38,904 nucleotides of DNA from a virus (taxonomy: Duplodnaviria; Caudoviricetes). The notes under the pieces were generated by a model. That model had not been told where the DNA came from. It did no database searches and saw only the letters and a list, made by a program, of their open reading frames with translations. Positions 27,365-34,513 of this stretch are shown piece after piece (the first letter of the stretch is position 1; the number at the start of each line of letters is the position of its first letter). The stretch is from the IMG/VR virus record IMGVR_UViG_3300017700_000453, positions 1 to 38,904 of that record. One strand, written 5' to 3'. The translations under genes and the position numbers were made by a program.

Positions 27365-28171
27365 TTATTCGTGGAATGGGCAAGTGTTCCAGCGCGCGCA
27401 ATACTTTTTGTCGCACAGGACACTGGAAGGATTTGGCGGGAACGTCCCCGCTTTAAACATTTTTGCTGCCATGGAAATTAGGCCTTCGTGGTGCTCGTTC
27501 CCGAGCATCAGCGGTTTGGCGTCGAACACGCGCGAAACGCCCACTTGAGTCGTGGCCGTAGTCTGCAGCGCGGTAATCTGCGCGCCCACGGTATGGCTTC
27601 CGTCCGTGTGTTCTTTCAAAATTTGGTAGGTGCCAAGCTGCGGGCCGCGCGCTTTGATGCTCACGACGCCATCCTGGATCAGGCGCCCGCCCGTTTTCAC
27701 GTCGTTTATCACGGTGCCGCCGGCGACCTTGACGACGCGGGCCCGGTCCAGCGTGCCGGTGAGGCGGATAATCAAGTTGTCCCCGCAGTCGATGTCCAGC
27801 GGCTGCAGCGGCATTTCGACAGACTCATAGACCATCAGCGGCGCAATCTCTGCGCAGTAGCGCGCGTGCAACGTGAGGCCGATTTTTTCCGCATCGCGCA
27901 GCTTCAGCTTGTCGTCCTTGTAGTCCACTTCCTCGTCGGGGTTGTAGAAAGTTTGCACGAACACGTCGGCGGCTTCGTTTGCGCTGATGGGCGCGCCGTC
28001 CAGCTTGGCCTGGTCGAACGCCGCGGTGCTGGCGTGGATAGAAGTCCCGAGCCACGCGCGCAGTGCGGTGGTGCGGTGAATCTTCAGGATGTTTTCAGCT
28101 TCCCACCTGTACGCGCAATCGAACAGCGAGCCGAACGACGACGCGCGCACCGCATAGACGCGCTTATCCAT
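27365..28171 (-). CDS. Cas4/AddB-like PD-(D/E)XK exonuclease
   Basis: GTSIH, GTLD, DVKTG and QLGTY motifs; N-terminal Cys plus C-terminal CDKKYCARWNTC; start at MDKRVY. Confidence 0.85.
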   Translation of the reverse strand: MDKRVYAVRASSFGSLFDCAYRWEAENILKIHRTTALRAWLGTSIHASTAAFDQAKLDGAPISANEAADVFVQTFYNPDEEVDYKDDKLKLRDAEKIGLTLHARYCAEIAPLMVYESVEMPLQPLDIDCGDNLIIRLTGTLDRARVVKVAGGTVINDVKTGGRLIQDGVVSIKARGPQLGTYQILKEHTDGSHTVGAQITALQTTATTQVGVSRVFDAKPLMLGNEHHEGLISMAAKMFKAGTFPPNPSSVLCDKKYCARWNTCPFHE

Positions 28172-28346
28172 GTAGAGCCTTGTGGGCGGCAAGGATGCGC
28201 TGCACGGCTGGCAGGTTGCGCGCTTTGATGCACTCGGCGCAATCGCACTCTGGTGGGAAATTGCGGGCGCGCACTTCAGCGGCAACGGCCTGGGCGGCGC
28301 GCAGCCTGCCGTCCACGATAGGGAACCCGAAATTGTTGCGAATCAT
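28164..28346 (-). CDS. Small hypothetical protein (CDCAEC)
   Basis: ATGA-coupled to the upstream ORF; overlaps the nuclease start. Confidence 0.55.
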   Translation of the reverse strand: MIRNNFGFPIVDGRLRAAQAVAAEVRARNFPPECDCAECIKARNLPAVQRILAAHKALHG

Positions 28347-28462
28347 TGCAGCACCATCGCAGCGATGGACACGCCAACGTCCGCGAGCCATTCGGCCAGC
28401 GCAATCAGCAGCAGGGCGACAATCGCGTTACGCGCCGGGTGGTTCGATGTGAAACGGTCCAT
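28343..28462 (-). CDS. 39-aa hydrophobic peptide, first gene of the leftward operon
   Basis: Read manually: MDRFTSNHPARNAIVALLLIALAEWLADVGVSIAAMVLQ; AAGGGGA RBS; stop overlaps the next ATG. Confidence 0.6.
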   Translation of the reverse strand: MDRFTSNHPARNAIVALLLIALAEWLADVGVSIAAMVLQ

Positions 28463-28504
28463 GCAATCCCCTTGTTGTTTGTGTTTTGCGTCTTAACGGA
28501 AACA

Positions 28505-28533
28505 ATATTACGCGGGTCAATGATCGCCGTCAA
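28505..28533 (-). promoter_or_regulatory. Leftward sigma70-like promoter
   Basis: TTGACG-17 nt-TAATAT on the minus strand. Confidence 0.75.
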
Positions 28534-28566
28534 GAAATATATTTGGAGCATTTTGCCTTAAATGAT

Positions 28567-28595
28567 TTGCGTCAAAGGAATTATCCGAGTAGGAT
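28567..28595 (+). promoter_or_regulatory. Rightward sigma70-like promoter
   Basis: TTGCGT-17 nt-TAGGAT upstream of the HTH gene. Confidence 0.6.
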
Positions 28596-28641
28596 TCATT
28601 GCTGAAGCACATCGTTTCAACTTTCTACTGAGGAAAACACT

Positions 28642-28866
28642 ATGACCACACCCGCCCACACCCTGCTGGACACTCTGCTGCACGAACAGGGCCTGAAAAA
28701 CGACGCTCACCTGGCCCGCGATTTGAAGATCGGGCCGCCGTGGATTTCGAAAATTCGCCGTGGCCATGTCCGTGTTACTGACGAGTTCCGCATTGCCGTC
28801 ATGCGCAAATACGGCATGACGCTGGTTCGCCTGGACGAGCTGGCACCGGCAGAGAAAAAATCATGA
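28642..28866 (+). CDS. Cro/XRE-like HTH protein
   Basis: LKNDAHLARDLKIGPPWISKIRRG; GAGGA RBS. Confidence 0.8.
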   Translation: MTTPAHTLLDTLLHEQGLKNDAHLARDLKIGPPWISKIRRGHVRVTDEFRIAVMRKYGMTLVRLDELAPAEKKS

Positions 28867-29297
28867 CATTCCGGCTTTATCGGTATTTCGATGCGTCCGG
28901 AGTCCTTCTATATCTTGGCGTTTCGATTTGCGCAATTACTCGGATGGGTGGGCACAAATCGACCGCTAAGTGGTTTGACGATGTGACGAAAATCACTATT
29001 GAAAAAATATCCGATGACAAGGCCCAGGCGCTGATTGCCGAGCGCGCGGCGATAAAGGCAGAGCGGCCAAGGTGGAATGTTGTTCATACGGGATTGCCTG
29101 CTGTTCCGGTGAAGACATTCGATAATTTCTCTGGCGCTGATCGTCACCAGTATCGCTACTTGGTCAGGAATGAACGGCTTGATGAACTTATGGCTGATGC
29201 TGAAGATGAGTCGATTTTGGCGGGAAAATATTTCATGACGCCTGAATTTGTTCGGTTCATAAAAAATGGTGGTGGGCCATGCACATCGTCCTCGTGA
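28863..29297 (+). CDS. GIY-YIG-like nuclease
   Basis: LYRYFDASGVLLYLGVS...R...H...AERAAIKAERPRWN; visibly AT-richer than its neighbours. Confidence 0.75.
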   Translation: MTFRLYRYFDASGVLLYLGVSICAITRMGGHKSTAKWFDDVTKITIEKISDDKAQALIAERAAIKAERPRWNVVHTGLPAVPVKTFDNFSGADRHQYRYLVRNERLDELMADAEDESILAGKYFMTPEFVRFIKNGGGPCTSSS

Positions 29298-29806
29298 AGC
29301 AGACCGACGCGCGCCTGTCCGACGAGGACGCGGCGGTGGTGCGGCGGTTCCTGTTCGAACACCTGAGCGGCGCCACGCCGAAGGACACGCGCGGCTGGTA
29401 TCGCTTCTGCCGCGCGCTGAACGAATCCGGCTCGGGCGAGTTCTTCACCATCAAGACAGAGCGCCCGCGTGATGGCCGGTTCCACCGGCTGCACATGACC
29501 GTCATCAGCAAAGTGTTCAAGGCGCAGGAACGCATCGGGGACTTCGAACAGTTCCGGCTCTGGCTGAAGGTGGGCAGCGGCTTTGTCACCTGGATGACCG
29601 GGCCGAAGGGCGGCGTTTTCCCTGTCCCGAAGTCGATAAGCTATGACCAGTGCGAGGAAGACGAAATGCGCGACTTCCACGAGGGCGTGGTGGCGTTCCT
29701 GCGCACCGAACACGCCCAGCACTACCTTTTCCCCGCCGTGTCCGCTCAGATCGCAGAGCAGGGCATGGAGGCAATTTTGTCCCAATTCGAAAGGCCACGG
29801 CCATGA
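29279..29806 (+). CDS. DUF1367-like protein
   Basis: RFHR...FEQFRLWLKVGSG...PKSISY...EMRDFH. Confidence 0.7.
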   Translation: MHIVLVKQTDARLSDEDAAVVRRFLFEHLSGATPKDTRGWYRFCRALNESGSGEFFTIKTERPRDGRFHRLHMTVISKVFKAQERIGDFEQFRLWLKVGSGFVTWMTGPKGGVFPVPKSISYDQCEEDEMRDFHEGVVAFLRTEHAQHYLFPAVSAQIAEQGMEAILSQFERPRP

Positions 29807-30276
29807 GGAAGACCGACCCCACAGAGCGCCGCCGCAACACTGCGGCGACCATCAACCGCACCGAAAACCTGCTGAAGATCATCAGGCGCCTGGAACTGGG
29901 CGAACTGCGGCGCGACGACATGCAGGACTTGCTGAACTATTCTCCATCAGGCACGCGCAAGTACATTGCAGACCTCGTTTCCTCCGAAGTGATGCAAATT
30001 GGCAGATACGAGCCAACTCCTGGATGGCACGCGAAATCGCAATCGTACGGCATGCCAATCTACTGCATCAACGCCGACCGCGAAGTGGTGCGCCGCTTTG
30101 TCGCCGCCATCGAAATGGAACCGCTGCCGCGCAGCCAGATGGACGTTGAGGTGGACGGCATCGACAAGGACGCGCCGAAGCAGATCATCGCGCAGACCTG
30201 GCGCAGCAAGCCCATCGTGCACTGGGACGTGCTGGCGCATTGGCTCGGGGTGGCCGGCACGCAGGTGGCCGAATGA
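29803..30276 (+). CDS. Hypothetical protein with winged-HTH-like segment
   Basis: ATGA-coupled; GELRRDDMQDLLNYSPSGTRKYIADL. Confidence 0.6.
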   Translation: MRKTDPTERRRNTAATINRTENLLKIIRRLELGELRRDDMQDLLNYSPSGTRKYIADLVSSEVMQIGRYEPTPGWHAKSQSYGMPIYCINADREVVRRFVAAIEMEPLPRSQMDVEVDGIDKDAPKQIIAQTWRSKPIVHWDVLAHWLGVAGTQVAE

Positions 30277-30898
30277 AGGTTCTTGTGGCTTGCGAATATT
30301 CTGGGCGTGTGCGTGATGCCTTTTCCCGCCGTGGGCACACGGCAGTTTCGTGTGATCTTAGGCCCACCGAGTCGCCGCACGGCTGGCACATTCAGGGCGA
30401 TGTGCTGCGCCTGCTGGACCAGCAGTGGGATTTGATGATCGCCACCCGTACTGCACATTCAATACGCTGTCCGGCGTCCAGTGGCTGTCGCACCCGGAAG
30501 ATTCCAAGCTTCCATTTGCAGAGCGGCGCCGGCACCCGCGCTATCCCAACCGCCTGGAAGATTTCGAAGAAGGCATCCGGTTTTTCAAGGCCTTCCAGGA
30601 TGCGAACGTGAAGCGCAGCGCTATCGAGAATTCGCAGCCGCACGGGCTGGCCATGGCGCGCCTCGGGAAGTATGACCAGAAGGTGCACCCGTGGTGGTTC
30701 GGTGAACCTGAATCGAAGGCCGCGTGCCTGTGGCTGAAGAACCTGCCGCTGCTGGTGGCCACCCACCGTGAGGAAGATTACGACGAAATTAAACAAAGCT
30801 GCTGGCGCATGGGTCCGGGGCCTGACCGGGAAAAAGAGCGCAGCCGCACGCACAAGGCTGTGGCAGATGCATTTGCGGAACAGTGGGGTGTCCTGTGA
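30273..30898 (+). pseudogene. Small phage C5-cytosine methyltransferase-like gene, split by a frameshift
   Basis: MKVLVACEYSG...WDLMIA in one frame; HPYCT...AIEN...KAACLWLKNLP...RSRT..VADAFAEQWG in the -1 frame from about 30443. Confidence 0.75.
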
Positions 30899-31296
30899 AG
30901 CGCTCGGGATTTCTGAACCGCGGCAAGCCGATGGCCCGCACCTCGTCCAAGCTGTCGCCGGACCAGCGCCCCAAGCGCATGAAGACGGCGCGCCCGAAGA
31001 TGACGCCGATTCGCGCCAGCGCGCGCGGCGAGGAATGCACGCTGCGCTTTCCGGGCGTGTGCAACGGAAATCCAGAGACAACAATCTGGGCGCACAGTAA
31101 TCGACTGGAAGACGGCAAGGGAATGGGCATCAAGGCCCGCGACGAGGAAGGATGCTATTCGTGTTCCTCGTGCCATGCCTTCCTGGATGGCGGGTACGCG
31201 CGCAGCGTGATGCCGCGCACGACGGTGGACGCATTTTTCGATTTCGCGCGCAGCCTGAGCCGCGACAAACTCAAGCAGAAAGGCCTTATTCCATGA
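30895..31296 (+). CDS. DUF1364 (YbcO-like) protein
   Basis: SARGEECTLRFPGVCNGNPETTIWAH...CSSCHAFLDG; GTGA overlap. Confidence 0.85.
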   Translation: MKRSGFLNRGKPMARTSSKLSPDQRPKRMKTARPKMTPIRASARGEECTLRFPGVCNGNPETTIWAHSNRLEDGKGMGIKARDEEGCYSCSSCHAFLDGGYARSVMPRTTVDAFFDFARSLSRDKLKQKGLIP

Positions 31297-31724
31297 ACGT
31301 GCAATTTACGATTCCCGGCAAGCCTGTCCCGAAGGCGCGCGCGCGGGTGACGATGGTGGGCGGCTTCGCACGAGCCTATACCCCGAAGACCACTGTGGAT
31401 TATGAGAAGAAGGTCGCGGCAATCGCGCGCGCCGCAATGCGCGGTGTTGATCCCAGCAGCGCGCCCATCGAAATCATGCTCGAGCTACGCATGGAGATTC
31501 CCGCAAGCTGGTCGAAGGCCAAGCGCCTGGCCGCATCCACGGGGCTGGTGCGAGCCACGAAGAAGCCGGACGCCGACAACGTGCTAAAGGGCGTCAAGGA
31601 CGCGCTGAACGGCATCTGCTGGGTGGACGACAGCCAGGTGGTGGTGCTGACGGTGCGCAAGCTGTACGCCGCCGAGCCGTGCGTGGTGGTGGCCGTGCGC
31701 GTGGTCGAAGGCGAGGCCGCATGA
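31293..31724 (+). CDS. rusA: RusA Holliday junction resolvase
   Basis: KKPDADNVLKGVKDALNGICWVDDSQVV. Confidence 0.92.
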   Translation: MNVQFTIPGKPVPKARARVTMVGGFARAYTPKTTVDYEKKVAAIARAAMRGVDPSSAPIEIMLELRMEIPASWSKAKRLAASTGLVRATKKPDADNVLKGVKDALNGICWVDDSQVVVLTVRKLYAAEPCVVVAVRVVEGEAA

Positions 31725-31891
31725 AGCCCAGAATACGCCGCCTTGGCCCGCTGTGGTTTTGCCGCTCACCGGATGGGCAGGTGGGGTTCGGCGCGTCGCC
31801 TGATGCCGCCTTTGGCATGTGGGAGCGCTTTAACACGCAGCTTTATGACGTGTCCGTGCGCTTACGCACATATTTTTCAGAAACTGATTGA
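31721..31891 (+). CDS. Small hypothetical protein
   Basis: ATGA-coupled; MKPRIRRLGPLWFC...GFGASPDAAF. Confidence 0.6.
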   Translation: MKPRIRRLGPLWFCRSPDGQVGFGASPDAAFGMWERFNTQLYDVSVRLRTYFSETD

Positions 31892-31924
31892 CCCAGAACA
31901 ATGACCTGTGGGAATATCCTCCCT

Positions 31925-32055
31925 GTCGATGTGGACGCGTTGACGAACTAGAGGCCGCTTCGGTTTCTGTTTTTCTGGGTTAAATCCCGGCTTGCGTCCA
32001 CAAGTGAAAAGCAGAAAGCCAAAGCGGCCTTTTGCGTTTCTGGCTCCACATCGAC
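31925..32055 (+). ncRNA. Long hairpin RNA element (c4-like antisense/attenuator architecture)
   Basis: Outer stem 31925-31935/32045-32055 (11 bp perfect); inner stem 31952-31975/32006-32030 (about 24 bp); alternative pairing 31930-31938/31994-32002. Confidence 0.65.
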
Positions 32056-32081
32056 CGCACCCCGAGCGTATCAAGCGGCCA

Positions 32082-32310
32082 TGTTGTTGCCGGCGCGGGA
32101 GAAAAGACGATGCGCTTAACTCGCAAGGACGGCGCGCAGACTTTGACCAGGTACTGCAGGAACGGGCAAACAGGGTGGGAACAGGACGCTAGGCCATCGT
32201 TAATGGTCGCCCGGAAATCGAATGGTTGGCTTATGGCAGCAGCAGTACGGATAGCAGGTTTAAACCGTGTGGCTGGAAGTAGGGATTCCCCCCTATTTGT
32301 CCTTGCTGCA
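32082..32310 (+). ncRNA. Putative multi-branch structured RNA
   Basis: Nested complementary pairs 32123-30/32299-306, 32151-57/32242-48, 32163-67/32209-13, 32192-97/32203-08 and 32280-84/32291-95; no convincing ORF. Confidence 0.45.
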
Positions 32311-32339
32311 CACTCAAATAAAACATAAAGGGGAAGCAC

Positions 32340-33413
32340 ATGAACACCGAACAGATTGAAGCCCTGAAGGCGCGCCGTGATTTTGAATTCAACTTTGCAG
32401 CGCAGAACAACTTGACGACGCGCCGCCTCTTGGACGACCGTCGCTACGAGAGCATGGAAACGGAGTGGGCATACCAAGCCTACCTCGCCTCTGCCACCGC
32501 CAGCGCGGGAAGGATTGCGGAATTGTCGAAGGCGTTGAAAGCGATTTGCGACATGCAGTCCGAGAACTTTGGGAACGGGATTGATACGCACATTGATCTA
32601 ATCCGTCTTGCCGACGCCGGTCGCGCCGCCCTCGCTGGCTCTGCCACCCCATCGGATAGTCCGGCTGCTGCGGACGCGGGCGGTCTGTCGGAATGGCTGG
32701 GCAAACTGGAAGACGAAGCATTGACCGACACCGGCCCGCAGGTTTTCACGAAGGTTCGCACCTACCTGCAAGCGCACGGCCAAATGGCGCGACCTACTGC
32801 TGTGATGGCGGGCGATCTGTGGCACGACGCCGTGCTGGCTGAGTGCATGAAGATCGAGGCGGCGTACGACAGCAAAGACCCCGCCAAAACGCTGGCGGCG
32901 CTGATCGACTGGCATGTGCAGGAAGCCAGCGGCGTGGCCGATGGTGTGCGGCAGATGGCATCCAACTACATGGACCTGACGTGCGCCCGACCTGCTGCTA
33001 TGGGAGCGGGCAGTCTGTCGCTGTTGCAGTCGGTATGCACCGCCGCCGAAGACTTGTTGACCGCTCAAGTCGGCTACGAAATTGCCAGTACAACGCAGTT
33101 CGACCAGCAGCAACGTACTGCCAAGGCGCTGTGCGATGCAAAGGACCGCATGCAAGCCGTTCTCGCCGAAGCTCACAGACAGCCTGCCAGCGGCGCAGCA
33201 GGTCTGTCGCCAGCAGAGCAGAAGGACAGCGAGGTTGCAGTTCCTGAATGGGCAAAGAAGATCGCGCAAGGCTACAAGGGCGGCACCGCCGTTTCTGACT
33301 TTCACGGACCGAAGGTGACGCTTCGCTACGCCACCAGCGCCGATGCCGAACTCGCATTCCAATTACTGACAGACGCCATTGACGCAGCTATTGCAGCAAA
33401 GGCCAAGCCATGA
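32340..33413 (+). CDS. Mosaic accessory protein (Ea22/Eaa-like)
   Basis: AAGGGGA RBS; short modules joined by Ala/Pro linkers; C-terminal DAIDAAIAAK. Confidence 0.65.
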   Translation: MNTEQIEALKARRDFEFNFAAQNNLTTRRLLDDRRYESMETEWAYQAYLASATASAGRIAELSKALKAICDMQSENFGNGIDTHIDLIRLADAGRAALAGSATPSDSPAAADAGGLSEWLGKLEDEALTDTGPQVFTKVRTYLQAHGQMARPTAVMAGDLWHDAVLAECMKIEAAYDSKDPAKTLAALIDWHVQEASGVADGVRQMASNYMDLTCARPAAMGAGSLSLLQSVCTAAEDLLTAQVGYEIASTTQFDQQQRTAKALCDAKDRMQAVLAEAHRQPASGAAGLSPAEQKDSEVAVPEWAKKIAQGYKGGTAVSDFHGPKVTLRYATSADAELAFQLLTDAIDAAIAAKAKP

Positions 33414-33658
33414 GCGCCGCAACCGTGAAACACGACGCCAAGGGCGCATACCTCGACATGCCTTGCCCGCGCTTCGGTAAGTGCAATCCCGCACCACGCG
33501 TGCATCGCGCCGCTCACTGCGAGGACGCCGAACATGGCCGGATTTGGCAATGGCTCGGCACCGAGGAAAGCCCGACCATCATCCCGTCGGTGGGATGCGA
33601 TAACAAGTGCGGTGAGCACCGCGTCATTACTAACGGCGAATGGAAGGCCCAGCCATGA
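33410..33658 (+). CDS. Hypothetical protein, DUF6527-like
   Basis: WQWLG...PTIIPSV.C..C..H..ITNG. Confidence 0.55.
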   Translation: MSAATVKHDAKGAYLDMPCPRFGKCNPAPRVHRAAHCEDAEHGRIWQWLGTEESPTIIPSVGCDNKCGEHRVITNGEWKAQP

Positions 33659-33906
33659 AACTCACGCCTTGGATCAAGTGCAGCGAGCAGCAACCGACGA
33701 TACCTGGATGGTATGACGTGCGGTACGCGGGCGAACGGTGCTGCTCAGGTCGTCGCTACTGGAATGGCAAACAGTGGAACTTGGGCAGTTCACTAATTAG
33801 CATGAAGGCCAGTTTCGGCAACGCGGCACAGATTAACGACGCATGGCGCGGCCTTGCCAGTGATCCTGCTAGTGCTGGCGATGTGAAAGGGGATGCTCGT
33901 GGATAA
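33655..33906 (+). CDS. Hypothetical protein, DUF551-like
   Basis: WIKCSEQQP...GWY...WRGL; ATGA-coupled. Confidence 0.6.
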   Translation: MKLTPWIKCSEQQPTIPGWYDVRYAGERCCSGRRYWNGKQWNLGSSLISMKASFGNAAQINDAWRGLASDPASAGDVKGDARG

Positions 33907-34135
33907 GCGCTTGATGAAGAAATTAATTTTGGGGCAACTGGCGGCTGAACTGCGCATGTCAGTCATCATCGACGGCGACATGTCGGACTACGACCTCGAC
34001 CGACTGGACGAAGTTCAGCACGAACTTGCAGACGAGTTTGAGCGCCGCGCCAAGGGCGGCACGTACTCACCAGCGTGGGAGCGCATACCAGCGGACGCCC
34101 CAGCATCTCAGGCCGAAGCGCCGAAGGGGGAGTGA
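33893..34135 (+). CDS. Hypothetical protein
   Basis: AAGGGG RBS; overlaps its neighbours. Confidence 0.55.
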   Translation: MLVDKRLMKKLILGQLAAELRMSVIIDGDMSDYDLDRLDEVQHELADEFERRAKGGTYSPAWERIPADAPASQAEAPKGE

Positions 34136-34479
34136 TGGGCGACGTAAGCAAAGAGCGCAAGCTGTGGGCCGGAGTTCGCGCAGCAGCACAAACACGGCTC
34201 GCCGGCCTTGGCGGCAAGCTGGTGGACAGCGATGTGCAGTACGAGGTGATGCGCTGGATTCACGACGACTTGGTGTTGATCTTCTACCCACACAAGACTT
34301 CGGCAGGCAACTATCACGTCCGCGTCCGCGCCGGGAAATGCGCCGACCGCAAGCTGCTGCGCAAGTGCGTGATGGCGCTGGCCGAGAACACTTGCCACTT
34401 CCAATTCCCGACCGAGCGTGAATTCCATGACGAGGGCGTCACCCAAGCCGTCAAGGAAAACCGGCCGATAACCCACTAA
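34135..34479 (+). CDS. Hypothetical protein
   Basis: TGATG coupling; GGGGGAG RBS. Confidence 0.6.
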   Translation: MGDVSKERKLWAGVRAAAQTRLAGLGGKLVDSDVQYEVMRWIHDDLVLIFYPHKTSAGNYHVRVRAGKCADRKLLRKCVMALAENTCHFQFPTEREFHDEGVTQAVKENRPITH

Positions 34480-34513
34480 ATCCCCGCATCCACACCCAAT
34501 AAGGAATAGAACC

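Noticed and set aside
27365-28171. Cas4-like gene as a sign of a CRISPR system
   Set aside because: No repeat-spacer array or other cas genes seen; its context next to recT indicates recombination
31888-31920. Possible promoter TTGACC...GAATAT or TATCCT ahead of the hairpin element
   Set aside because: Spacing is 18 or 21 nt and the -10 match is weak; not enough to call
32032-32328. ORFs 31992-32192 and 32032-32328 as real genes
   Set aside because: Atypical amino-acid and codon composition, and they overlap strong RNA helices; a short leader peptide cannot be fully excluded
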